The notes under the pieces: generated by a model
The model's database searches: none
What the model saw: only the letters and a program-made list of their open reading frames with translations
What the model was told of the DNA's origin: nothing
Program-made: the position numbers and the translations under genes
In this document: in pieces, positions 26,070-33,696 of the stretch
Position numbering within the stretch: the stretch's first letter is position 1
Layout: every line of letters starts with the position of its first letter
Virus record (IMG/VR): IMGVR_UViG_3300045988_088460
Origin: a virus
Direction: 5' to 3' (one strand)
DNA: 44,037 nt

Positions 26070-27227
26070 ATGACCAGCGAGGAGCGCCGGGAGGCGCGAT
26101 ACCGACGCCGCCAAGCGCGGCGGAGAAGAAACAGACAGGCCCGCAGCGACAGCCTGGGCGGACTGGCGGGCGTTTTCAGCTATCGAAACATGTTCAAGTA
26201 CGGGAAAAAGTGCTGCAACGGCGTGCGCTGGAAAGGGTCCACCCATAACTTTGAGCTGCACCTGTTTTCCGGCACGGCCAAGCGCCGGCGCAAAATCCTG
26301 GATGGAACATGGAGGCCGGGAAAAACAATCCGTTTTCCCCTGCGGGAGCGGGGAAAGTTTCGGATCATCGACGCCCCACACATCACGGACCGCCAGATCC
26401 ACAAGGTTTTCACCAGGGAGGTGCTGGCGCCGCTCTACTGCCCCAGCATGATCTACGACAACGGGGCCAGCCAAAAGGGAAAGGGCCTGCACTTCCATTA
26501 CCAGAGGTTAAAGGAACAGCTGCGCTGGCATTACCGGCGGCACGGGAGGCAGGGCGCCATAAAGCTGGCGGATTTTCACCACTTTTTCCCGGACGCGCCC
26601 CACGCGCTGCTGTACGAACGGCACCGGCGCCTGATCCTGGACCCGGATCTGCGGGCGCTGGCGGATCTGATGGTGGCCACGGTGCCGGGAGATGTGGGCA
26701 TGTACCTGGGCGTGGAGCCAAGCCAGCAGGAAATGGTGGCCCTGCCCTCCTATCTGGACAACTGGATGAAATGCCAGCTGTCCCTCCACGGCATGGGACA
26801 CTATATGGACGATTACAACGCAATCCTGGAGAGCGCGGAGCAGGCGGAGGAGGTCCTGGAGGCCATGATCCGCAGGGCGGAGGAAAAGGGGCTGACGATC
26901 AACCGGAATAAATGCCATGTGATCAGCCTGGACAAGCCTTTCCGTTTCTGCAAAGCCAAGTTTCAAATTTTGCCCAGCGGGCGGATCATCACACACGGGT
27001 GTAGGGACGGCATGAAGCGGGCGCGGCGGAAAATGCGATATTTCCGCCAGCAGGTGGACGCCGGGGAAAAGACCGTGGAGCAGGTGGCGGAGTGGCTGAA
27101 AGGCCCCATAGCCTACTACGAGCAATCAAACGACCATGGGCGGGTGCTGAAACTGCGCCGCCTGTATTACGCCCTGTTCATCAAGGGCAAGAAAACCGAG
27201 GAGGAAAAAGCATGTATCGGATTGTAA
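26070..27227 (+). CDS. DGR reverse transcriptase
   Basis: 385 aa. It has the YMDD catalytic motif (GHYMDDYN) and the DGR-type LGVEPSQ ([ILV]GxxxSQ) motif. It lies directly downstream of the TR. Confidence 0.92.
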   Translation: MTSEERREARYRRRQARRRRNRQARSDSLGGLAGVFSYRNMFKYGKKCCNGVRWKGSTHNFELHLFSGTAKRRRKILDGTWRPGKTIRFPLRERGKFRIIDAPHITDRQIHKVFTREVLAPLYCPSMIYDNGASQKGKGLHFHYQRLKEQLRWHYRRHGRQGAIKLADFHHFFPDAPHALLYERHRRLILDPDLRALADLMVATVPGDVGMYLGVEPSQQEMVALPSYLDNWMKCQLSLHGMGHYMDDYNAILESAEQAEEVLEAMIRRAEEKGLTINRNKCHVISLDKPFRFCKAKFQILPSGRIITHGCRDGMKRARRKMRYFRQQVDAGEKTVEQVAEWLKGPIAYYEQSNDHGRVLKLRRLYYALFIKGKKTEEEKACIGL

Positions 27228-27910
27228 AAGACGGGGCCGAGCTGGCGCTGATTGAGGCCCCCAGCTATGTGCGGCAGGCCGGAAATGGGTGCTTTGTGCT
27301 GTGCCAGGAGGCGGAGGCCGCGGGGATTGCCCATAACGGGACCGTGTACCACCTCCTGGGGCGGGAGGCCCTGGAGGGCGCGGAGAGCGTGATCCTGGAA
27401 GCGGCGGACGCAGGCGCGGAGATCCAGACAACCAGGGAAAGCACGGCCAAAAACGCCAGGCTATCCGGCCAACTGTCCGCCGCGGCCCGCCTGTATGTCC
27501 AGGCGGCCACGGATGTGCCGGACGAAACGGCGCTGGAAATGCCGGATCTGTTCAAAACCTGGGAGGAAGTCCTGGCAGCGGGCGTGACCGTGGCGGAAAA
27601 TTCCATCATCAACGACGGCGGAACCCTGTACCGCGTCGTGTCCCCCGGCGGGGTTCTCCCGCAAGAACACCAGCCGCCACACGGGGAGGGTATGCTGGCG
27701 GTATATCGACCCATTGACACCACACACGAGGGAACCCAGGAGGACCCGATCCCGTGGGTGTATGGGATGGACTGCACAAACGGCCTCTATTACTCCTATG
27801 ACGCCGCCGTGTACCTGTGCAAAGCGGACATGAAACCGTGCGTATGGGCACCGGGAACCGCCGGCCTGTGGCAATGGGAGGCCGTGGACGCTGGAGAAAC
27901 GGAGGCGTAA
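27212..27910 (+). CDS. Hypothetical protein translationally coupled to the RT 3' end
   Basis: ATG 27212 follows GAGGAGGA and lies 16 nt before the RT stop. 232 aa. The C-terminus is aromatic and Cys-rich (PWVYGMDCTNGLYYSYDAAVYLCKADMKPCVWAPGTAGLWQWEAV). Confidence 0.5.
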   Translation: MYRIVKDGAELALIEAPSYVRQAGNGCFVLCQEAEAAGIAHNGTVYHLLGREALEGAESVILEAADAGAEIQTTRESTAKNARLSGQLSAAARLYVQAATDVPDETALEMPDLFKTWEEVLAAGVTVAENSIINDGGTLYRVVSPGGVLPQEHQPPHGEGMLAVYRPIDTTHEGTQEDPIPWVYGMDCTNGLYYSYDAAVYLCKADMKPCVWAPGTAGLWQWEAVDAGETEA

Positions 27911-27913
27911 CCA

Positions 27914-28315
27914 ATGGGCCGGAGGTACATTGTTAAGCAGCGGGCCAGGATCGACACCATCACCGGCCCGGTCAATCTTCCATACGGCACCGAGGTGGAA
28001 GCTGTGGAGGATTACCTGATCCACCAGGGGCGCCGGCTGTGCGCGGTAACCAGCCGAAAGGCCCACCTGTATTTTGCGCGGGATGATGACGGCCAGGGAC
28101 GGGAGCGGGGTGCCCTGACGCTGGCCATCACCAAGCGGCTGGAGAAGCGGGACAAGGACCATCAAGCCCGATGGGATCGCGTGTGGGAGGATCCCGTGTG
28201 CCAGAAGTACCGGCACCCGGAGCATGAGGATCACTTTATATGGGACCACGCATTTTTCGAGGCCCCGGTGGAGGATCTGCGGCACATTGCCGCCCTGATC
28301 GGCGCAAGGGAGTGA
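27914..28315 (+). CDS. Hypothetical protein
   Basis: 133 aa with a GGAGG SD. No motif recognised. Confidence 0.5.
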   Translation: MGRRYIVKQRARIDTITGPVNLPYGTEVEAVEDYLIHQGRRLCAVTSRKAHLYFARDDDGQGRERGALTLAITKRLEKRDKDHQARWDRVWEDPVCQKYRHPEHEDHFIWDHAFFEAPVEDLRHIAALIGARE

Positions 28316-28320
28316 CGGCC

Positions 28321-28491
28321 ATGGACAACACCAAACTGGCGGCGGATCTGTGCGCCATCATCGACAGAATGAATGTGATCATACAGGCCCAGGCCATGGA
28401 GCTGGCACAGCTCCATGCGCTCCACCATGAGGAGGAGATCGCGGCAGTCCGCCGGGACTATGCCAAGGCCATCGGGGAGGTGACATTATGA
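28321..28491 (+). CDS. Small hypothetical helical protein
   Basis: 56 aa from ATG 28321. The upstream part of the track ORF 28240.. overlaps the previous gene. Confidence 0.4.
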   Translation: MDNTKLAADLCAIIDRMNVIIQAQAMELAQLHALHHEEEIAAVRRDYAKAIGEVTL

Positions 28492-28907
28492 CAGCGGCGG
28501 AAATCGCAACCGGCGGCGGGATCCTGCTGGCCGTGCTTACAGTGATACAGATCGCCCCTATTAAAATCAATCCCTGGTCCGCGCTGGCAAAAGCCATTGG
28601 GCGGGCCATCAATGGGGAAGTGATCGCCAAGGTGGACCAGCTGGAGCGGGACCTGGTGGGAATGAAAGCGGCCCAAGAGGAGCGGGACGCAATCAACTGC
28701 CGATCCCGGATCCTCCATTTTGGGGATGAAACCATCCACGGGGTACGACACACAAAAGAACACTTTGACCAGATTTTGAGGGATATTACCACCTATGAGC
28801 GGTATTGCGACGATCACCCCAATTTTGAGAACAACACCACGGTGCTGACCTCCCAGCGGATCAAAAATATTTATGAGGACTGCCTGAAAACGGCGGACTT
28901 TCTGTGA
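28488..28907 (+). CDS. N-terminally membrane-anchored coiled-coil protein (lysis-cassette neighbour)
   Basis: 139 aa with a GGGAGGTG SD. The single N-terminal hydrophobic helix is GGGILLAVLTVIQIAPI. Confidence 0.45.
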   Translation: MTAAEIATGGGILLAVLTVIQIAPIKINPWSALAKAIGRAINGEVIAKVDQLERDLVGMKAAQEERDAINCRSRILHFGDETIHGVRHTKEHFDQILRDITTYERYCDDHPNFENNTTVLTSQRIKNIYEDCLKTADFL

Positions 28908-28913
28908 GGAGGC

Positions 28914-29336
28914 GTGTGCGCAATGAAAACGCTGCTGATCGCGGCGGCGGCCATGGCCGGAGGTGCGGCCCTGGGTTTTTTCCTGTGCTGGGCCGCCCAC
29001 CGCCTGACCAGGGGCAACTATACACCAGCCAGGCGCATGGCCGCCGCGAAAAAAAGAAAAATGGGCACCATGGACAAGGTGCTGGTCCTGGAGGCTGTGG
29101 TGCTGATCCTCTACACCGTGGCGGATCTGGTAGTATTCTGGCACACCGGGGCGGAGCCGTACACCCTGACGGGGTGCGTGTTCGCCGTGTGCGGCCTGGA
29201 AAATGGCGTCATGGGATGGATTAAGACCAACAAGGACAAGGCGGCAGAGGCCGCCAGAACGAGCGGGAGCGGCTACCAGCCCGCCCCGGAGGAACCGCCC
29301 ACGGACCGGACAGAGCCGCCGGATGTGGGCATTTAA
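28914..29336 (+). CDS. Membrane protein with about 3 TM helices (putative holin or holin partner)
   Basis: GTG 28914 or ATG 28923 after GAGGAGG. There are three hydrophobic segments and a charged C-terminal tail. It lies upstream of the endolysin. Confidence 0.45.
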   Translation: MCAMKTLLIAAAAMAGGAALGFFLCWAAHRLTRGNYTPARRMAAAKKRKMGTMDKVLVLEAVVLILYTVADLVVFWHTGAEPYTLTGCVFAVCGLENGVMGWIKTNKDKAAEAARTSGSGYQPAPEEPPTDRTEPPDVGI

Positions 29337-29349
29337 GGAGGTTTTACCA

Positions 29350-30339
29350 ATGACAGAAAACCAACTGCGGCAGAAAGTAGCCGACATTATCAACGCATGG
29401 GTGGGTGCCACCAAGGGGAGCGCAAAACACCTGGAGATCCTGGAGATCTACAACAGCCACAAGCCCCTGGCCCGCGGCTACAAAATGCAGGTGAAAGACG
29501 CATATTGCGCGGCCACGGTGAGCGCGGCATACATAAAGGCCGGGATCGCGGAGTACACCGGGACCGAGTGCGGCGTGGAGAAGTTCGTGCAGATCGCAAA
29601 GGACAAAGGCATTTGGGTGGAGAATGACGCCCATGTGTGCCATGTAGGCGGTGCCTGCGTGTATGACTGGGATGACACCGGAAAAGGTGACTGCACCGGA
29701 GCCGGAGATCATATCGGCATTGTGACCCAGGTAAACAGCGCGGCGGGCACCTTTGTGGTGACAGAGGGCAACATGAGCGGCGGCAAGGTGGGCAAGCGCA
29801 CCATGGCCATCAACGGGAAATATATTCGCGGTTTTATCTGCCCGAATTTTGCCGATATTGCCAAGAAGCTGGGCGGCAGCTCCAGCGGAACAGCCACAAC
29901 GAGCGGTCCAACTATTTACACGGTGAGATCCGGGGACACCCTTTCCAAGATTGCCAGCACCTACGGCACCACCGTGGACACCCTGGCGGAGATCAACGCC
30001 ATCCAAAACCGGAACCTGATCCGGGTGGGCCAGGTGCTTATGCTCCAGGACACCCCCCAGGCCGCGGCGGACAAGCTGGAGGCCCTGGGGGTGATCAACT
30101 CCCCGGACTACTGGGCGGACGCAGCGGAGGCCGGAAAGGTACAATACCTGGAGATCCTGCTGAAAAAGGCCGCGCAGACCATAACCAAGGCCGGGACCCG
30201 CGCCGCCACGCCGGAGGAGGGCGTGGCCGCCCTGGTGGCCGCCGGCGTGATCAACACCCCGGACTATTGGCTGGCCAACTATGACACATTCCCCTCCCTG
30301 GACCTGCTGCTGTGCGCCCTGGGCGGGGCTGTGAAATAA
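29350..30339 (+). CDS. Endolysin: CHAP peptidase + LysM + 2x SPDYW repeat module
   Basis: ATG 29350 after AAGGAGG. CHAP-like YCAATVSAAY...GDHIGIVTQV...VVTEGNMSG. LysM YTVRSGDTLSKIASTYGTTVDTLAEINAI. Two C-terminal GVIN(S/T)PDYW repeats. Confidence 0.85.
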   Translation: MTENQLRQKVADIINAWVGATKGSAKHLEILEIYNSHKPLARGYKMQVKDAYCAATVSAAYIKAGIAEYTGTECGVEKFVQIAKDKGIWVENDAHVCHVGGACVYDWDDTGKGDCTGAGDHIGIVTQVNSAAGTFVVTEGNMSGGKVGKRTMAINGKYIRGFICPNFADIAKKLGGSSSGTATTSGPTIYTVRSGDTLSKIASTYGTTVDTLAEINAIQNRNLIRVGQVLMLQDTPQAAADKLEALGVINSPDYWADAAEAGKVQYLEILLKKAAQTITKAGTRAATPEEGVAALVAAGVINTPDYWLANYDTFPSLDLLLCALGGAVK

Positions 30340-30358
30340 TTTTAAGGAGGACATATCA

Positions 30359-30697
30359 ATGGAAACCATCATGCAGTACATTCCCCTGGCGGTGTCCGCC
30401 ATCCTGCTGGCGGCCCTGATCCTGACCGTGATCACCAACATTATCACCCAGGTGGTGAAGAAAATCACCTGGGACAAGATCCCCACCAATATCCTGGCGG
30501 TGGTGGTGGCCATGGCCGTCACCCTGGTGGCGTTTTTCGCGGCCTGCCAGGTCATGGGCTGGGCCGTCACCTGGTACATGGTGGCCGGCGCGGTGGCCCT
30601 GGGCCTGTTCGTGGCCTATGCGGCCATGTTCGGATTTGATAAGCTCCGGGAGGCCCTGGAGCAGATCACGAACTGGAACAAAGACAAAACGGAGTAA
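30359..30697 (+). CDS. Holin
   Basis: 112 aa with three hydrophobic helices and a charged C-terminus (KLREALEQITNWNKDKTE). It lies directly after the endolysin. Confidence 0.65.
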   Translation: METIMQYIPLAVSAILLAALILTVITNIITQVVKKITWDKIPTNILAVVVAMAVTLVAFFAACQVMGWAVTWYMVAGAVALGLFVAYAAMFGFDKLREALEQITNWNKDKTE

Positions 30698-30703
30698 ACG
30701 GAA

Positions 30704-30736
30704 CCCCGGCACCGTGTAGGTGCCGGGGGCATTTTA
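30704..30736 (+). terminator. Intrinsic terminator ending the late operon
   Basis: 10-bp stem CCCCGGCACC/GGTGCCGGGG (30704-30713 / 30719-30728) with loop GTGTA, then GCATTTTA. It lies between convergent genes. Confidence 0.65.
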
Positions 30737-31150
30737 TACGACGCGGCTGGATATGGTGGAGGCGTCCAGCCGCATGGCCAGATCAATGATCTTTTTTCGG
30801 GTGGCGTGGTCCTTTTCGGCGGCGGGGGCAAGAGTGGAACGGACCCCGGCGGGAACGATGGAAAGCGCCCAGGCCACCAGATCCCTTTCCGCCTTTATCA
30901 ACGCCGCCCTGGCGGACATATCGGCCTTTTGCAGTTTGACGGCCTCCGGGTCCGCCTGGTACTCCACCTCCAGGGCGTCAAAAACGGCGTCGTTTTCGAT
31001 TTGCCAAAGGCACCGGGCGGGCCGCCCACGCCGGTCCGTGGCGCCCCTGGCGGCTAAAAACGCCCTTTCATGGGCGGAGGCCCTGGCCCCGGCCAATTCG
31101 CTGGCCTGCCGGGCCTGATTGTAGGCCCGTTGCTGTTCGCTGTATCTCAT
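30734..31150 (-). CDS. Hypothetical protein (reverse-strand block)
   Basis: 138 aa from ATG 31150 (MRYSEQQRAYNQ...) after GGAAAGGCAGGAAA. The composition is charged and helical. The overlapping + strand ORF 30720..31118 looks like an antisense artefact. Confidence 0.5.
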   Translation of the reverse strand: MRYSEQQRAYNQARQASELAGARASAHERAFLAARGATDRRGRPARCLWQIENDAVFDALEVEYQADPEAVKLQKADMSARAALIKAERDLVAWALSIVPAGVRSTLAPAAEKDHATRKKIIDLAMRLDASTISSRVV

Positions 31151-31190
31151 AATTTCCTGCCTTTCCACTGGGGAGCGCCTGATCCGGAGA

Positions 31191-31412
31191 TCAGGCGATT
31201 GCCTCCAGTTCCATATCTTCAATTTCGGCCCAGGTAAACCCCAAGCGGTGCATATCGTCCCCCACATCGGAGAGGACCACGCTGGCCTCCATGGTGAGAT
31301 CCGCATAGCACAGGGCGGCGAACATCTTATAGACTTCCACGGCCCGCTCCATGGTGAAAACCTGGATATTGCCAACCATGGCCCCATACTTCCCGTTTTG
31401 CTTAATCAACAT
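31191..31412 (-). CDS. Hypothetical protein
   Basis: 73 aa from ATG 31412 (MLIKQNGKYG...), 8 nt after AAAGGTGG. GTG 31424 is the track alternative. Confidence 0.45.
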   Translation of the reverse strand: MLIKQNGKYGAMVGNIQVFTMERAVEVYKMFAALCYADLTMEASVVLSDVGDDMHRLGFTWAEIEDMELEAIA

Positions 31413-31503
31413 GATTTTTACCACCTTTCAGAATTTTGCGGAACAACCGCCGGAGCGGGACGAACACCGCCACAAATATCACAAGAGAAATTATAAATTT
31501 CAT
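31402..31503 (-). CDS. 33-aa hydrophobic peptide (type I toxin-like architecture)
   Basis: Below the track size cut-off. ATG 31503 lies 7 nt after AGGAGGG. The sequence is MKFIISLVIFVAVFVPLRRLFRKILKGGKNHVD, a TM helix plus a basic tail. Confidence 0.35.
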   Translation of the reverse strand: MKFIISLVIFVAVFVPLRRLFRKILKGGKNHVD

Positions 31504-31517
31504 CGTCTGCCCTCCTA

Positions 31518-31547
31518 TTGACAAAACCGGATGATTTGTTTTATATT
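31518..31547 (+). promoter_or_regulatory. Candidate + strand promoter (antisense to the reverse-strand small genes)
   Basis: TTGACA (31518-31523) - N18 - TATATT (31542-31547). Confidence 0.35.
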
Positions 31548-31548
31548 T

Positions 31549-31576
31549 GGGGTGCGGGGTTGAGGCCCCGCACCCC
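31549..31576. promoter_or_regulatory. 11-bp GC hairpin between the two small reverse-strand ORFs
   Basis: GGGGTGCGGGG-TTGAGG-CCCCGCACCCC. Neither strand has a U-tract after it. It could be an attenuator, a processing site or a terminator-like element. Confidence 0.4.
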
Positions 31577-31708
31577 TGGCCTTTACCTGTCCAGCAATTT
31601 GAGGATTGCCGCTGTGATTAGGCCGGAAACTGTGCCCGCCAGAATGTCGGCCAGGAAGTCAACCTTTCTGGAGGGCCGCGCCGTAGGCTTTCGCCTGCGG
31701 CGTTTTTT
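31554..31708 (+). ncRNA. Predicted cis-antisense RNA (about 155 nt) covering the 44-aa ORF
   Basis: Bracketed by the promoter at 31518-31547 and the terminator at 31680-31708. It is fully complementary to 31583..31708 of the reverse-strand ORF. There is no expression evidence. Confidence 0.3.
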
Positions 31709-31717
31709 CTTGCTCAT
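31583..31717 (-). CDS. 44-aa basic peptide with C-terminal hydrophobic helix
   Basis: ATG 31717 after AGGAAAGGGGG. The sequence is MSKKKRRRRKPTARPSRKVDFLADILAGTVSGLITAAILKLLDR. It is the first gene downstream of the leftward switch promoter. Confidence 0.4.
   Translation of the reverse strand: MSKKKRRRRKPTARPSRKVDFLADILAGTVSGLITAAILKLLDR
31680..31708 (+). terminator. Canonical intrinsic terminator on the + strand inside the 44-aa ORF
   Basis: Stem GCCGTAGGC/GCCTGCGGC (9 bp including one G-U) with loop TTTC, followed by GTTTTTT. Confidence 0.4.
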
Positions 31718-31750
31718 TTCAACCGCCCCCTTTCCTCTTGAGCTGATTAC

Positions 31751-31780
31751 ATTATACACTCTATCATGTGTATAAATCAA
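31751..31780 (-). promoter_or_regulatory. Leftward switch promoter
   Basis: The - strand reads TTGATT-N18-TATAAT. The operator palindrome lies in the spacer. Confidence 0.5.
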
Positions 31781-31844
31781 TAGGCAACACACACAAAATA
31801 ATGTGTATCTTTTTATTGTTTGTGTACACTTTACAATGTGTATA
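31752..31844. promoter_or_regulatory. Operator repeats of the genetic switch
   Basis: Palindrome TTATACAC-N8-GTGTATAA (31752-31775). ATGTGTAT copies at 31766, 31801 and 31836. Palindromic GTGTACAC at 31822-31829. Confidence 0.5.
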
Positions 31845-31858
31845 TTGCGTGATAGAAT
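31830..31858 (+). promoter_or_regulatory. Rightward switch promoter
   Basis: TTTACA (31830-31835) - N17 - TAGAAT (31853-31858). The AATGTGTAT operator copy lies in the spacer. It is 24 nt upstream of the XRE gene. Confidence 0.5.
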
Positions 31859-31881
31859 AACAGTGAAAGGACGGGATCGAA

Positions 31882-32082
31882 ATGGCAATTAGCTATCAGG
31901 GCGCATTTGAGAAAATGAAAGAGGCCGGGATCTCCACATACCGGATCAGAAAAGAAAAAATAGTATCAGAGGGAACCCTGCAAAGTCTACGAGAGGGGCG
32001 GCCTGTTTCAACTGAAACCATCGAAAAGCTGTGTCTGCTGCTGGACTGCACCCCAAATGACATTATGAAGATCACCCGCTGA
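31882..32082 (+). CDS. XRE-family HTH regulator (Cro-like)
   Basis: 66 aa. ISTYRIRKEKIVSEGTLQSLREGRPVSTETIEKLCLLLDCTPNDIM is a Cro/C1-type HTH. Confidence 0.8.
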   Translation: MAISYQGAFEKMKEAGISTYRIRKEKIVSEGTLQSLREGRPVSTETIEKLCLLLDCTPNDIMKITR

Positions 32083-32239
32083 CGGTGGGGCATAGGATTG
32101 GAACCGCCGCGCCCCAATGAATAACCCTGCGCCAAAGGGCCTATAATTTTCTTGTGCTGAATATTACCACGGGTTTTGACGCCGGCCTGTGTTAATATCA
32201 AGAAAAATGTGGGCCATATCCACAACGGAGGGGCGCCGG

Positions 32240-32482
32240 GTGAAGTTTTACGAAATCAACGGGAAAAGGAATTTGTGCGGGGACCGGATCCGAGAGGCCA
32301 GGCAGAAAAAGAGGTTTTCCCAGTCCGAACTATGCAAACTGCTACAACTGCGGGGGATCATGGTGGAGCGGGATGTGATCAGCCGCATGGAGAGCGGGGC
32401 CAGAATTGTGACGGACTTTGAAGCCGTGGCCATTGCGGAGGTGCTGGAGGTCCCCGTGCTGTGGCTGCTGGGCAAAGAATAG
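32240..32482 (+). CDS. XRE-family HTH regulator
   Basis: GTG 32240 after GGAGGGG. GDRIREARQKKRFSQSELCKLLQLRGIMVERDVISRMESGARIVTDFEAVAIAEVLEVPVLWLL is a classic HTH_3 pattern. Confidence 0.8.
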   Translation: MKFYEINGKRNLCGDRIREARQKKRFSQSELCKLLQLRGIMVERDVISRMESGARIVTDFEAVAIAEVLEVPVLWLLGKE

Positions 32483-32516
32483 GCCGGCGTGGTAGAAAGA
32501 ACCACGCCGGCCTATT
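32478..32516 (+). terminator. 16-bp perfect hairpin after the second XRE gene
   Basis: AATAGGCCGGCGTGGT-AGAAAGA-ACCACGCCGGCCTATT overlaps the TAG stop. The U-tract is weak. Confidence 0.55.
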
Positions 32517-32546
32517 GTCATATTACAGAGAAAGAGAGGCCGCCCC

Positions 32547-33593
32547 ATGAAGGGATATAAGCACTTAACTGCCCATGATCGGAACAAAATGGCAAAAATG
32601 CGAAAAGAGGGCGCAACCATGCGCCAGATCGGCGCGGCCCTCCATGTGAGTGCGGCCACCGTCTGCCGGGAGCTAAAGCGCGGCACATACACCTACCTGA
32701 ACGCGGATTACATCGAGGTGACCGAATACATCCCGGAGCGATCACAAAAGAGGTACGAGGCCAACCTGGAAGCCAAGGGGCCGGGATTGAAGATCGGAAA
32801 CCATAGGGATTATGCCGAAAAGCTGGAGGAGCTGATCGTGGATTACGATTACAGCCCCTCCGCCGCCCTGCATGAAATTGAAAACCACCCGGAAATATAT
32901 GGGGAGTTCGGGGTGCGCGTCTGCCGGCAGACGCTTTATTCCTATGTGGAAAAGCGGATCTTTGCCCGCCTGACCAATAAAGACCTGCCTTTTAAGGGGT
33001 CCCGCCAGAAGAAAAAGACCAAGCACATACGCCGCATGAAATCCGCCGCAAAGGGGGACAGCATAGAGAAAAGGCCGGAGGAGGTCAACACGCGCCAAGA
33101 GCCTGGCCACTGGGAAATGGATCTGGTGGTGTCCTGCCGCGGCGGTCACAAGTGCCTTATGGCCCTAACCGAGCGGGTGACCCGTCAGGAGATCATGCGC
33201 CTAATCCCGGACAAGAGCGCCGCCAGCGTGGTGCGGGCCATGAATACGCTGGAGCGGAAATATGGAAAAATGTTCCCGGAGGTATTCAAGACCATTACCG
33301 TGGACAATGGCACGGAGTTTTCCGACTGTGAGGGCATGGAAACCTCTGTATTTAAGGCAGGCGGCCAGCGTACCAAAATGTATTACTGTCACCCATATTG
33401 CAGCAGCGAAAGAGGAAGCAATGAAAAGCAAAACCAGATGATCCGGCGAAAATTCCCAAAGGGAACCAACTTCGACAAAGTTTCCCCCAAAGAGGTCCGC
33501 GTGGTGGAGGACTGGCTGAACAGATACCCCCGCAAGATCCTGGGATGGTATAGCAGCGCGGACCTGTTCAACCAGATTTTTGGGGGCATTTGA
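32547..33593 (+). CDS. IS30-family DDE transposase
   Basis: 348 aa. N-terminal HTH (LTAHDRNKMAKMRKEGATMRQIGAALHVSAATVCRELKRG). GHWEMDLV...ITVDNGTEFS...ERGSNEKQNQMIRRKFPKG matches the IS30 catalytic core. Confidence 0.9.
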   Translation: MKGYKHLTAHDRNKMAKMRKEGATMRQIGAALHVSAATVCRELKRGTYTYLNADYIEVTEYIPERSQKRYEANLEAKGPGLKIGNHRDYAEKLEELIVDYDYSPSAALHEIENHPEIYGEFGVRVCRQTLYSYVEKRIFARLTNKDLPFKGSRQKKKTKHIRRMKSAAKGDSIEKRPEEVNTRQEPGHWEMDLVVSCRGGHKCLMALTERVTRQEIMRLIPDKSAASVVRAMNTLERKYGKMFPEVFKTITVDNGTEFSDCEGMETSVFKAGGQRTKMYYCHPYCSSERGSNEKQNQMIRRKFPKGTNFDKVSPKEVRVVEDWLNRYPRKILGWYSSADLFNQIFGGI

Positions 33594-33651
33594 AAAATTT
33601 TTTACTTTTTGTTACGCTTACCTATTGACATTTGCCATTGAAAATGCTACT

Positions 33652-33696
33652 AATAAGAGTAACAAAGCGTAAAGGCTTGTTACTCTTATTTTTTTA
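33652..33696 (+). terminator. Strong intrinsic terminator after the transposase gene
   Basis: 14-bp perfect stem AATAAGAGTAACAA/TTGTTACTCTTATT with an 11-nt loop, followed by TTTTT. Confidence 0.75.

Larger units (their letters stand above)
24994..27227 (+). mobile_element. DGR core cassette (VR1 - Avd - TR - RT)
   Basis: Same gene order as the Bordetella phage BPP-1 DGR (target-avd-TR-rt). The mismatch pattern is adenine-specific. Confidence 0.9.

Noticed and set aside
26022-26498. 158-aa minus-strand ORF overlapping the RT start
   Set aside because: It is antisense to the RT and the TR-RT spacer, with no SD and no motifs.
30720-31118. + strand ORF (132 aa) after the late terminator
   Set aside because: It has Ser/Ala/Arg-rich antisense-type composition and starts inside the terminator. 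The minus-strand ORF 30734..31150 has an SD and protein-like composition.
32511-33634. Direct repeat CCTATTG(T/A)CAT flanking the transposase gene, considered as a target-site duplication
   Set aside because: It is too long for typical IS30 duplications (2-3 bp). The sequences just inside it do not form convincing inverted repeats, so the IS boundaries remain undefined.
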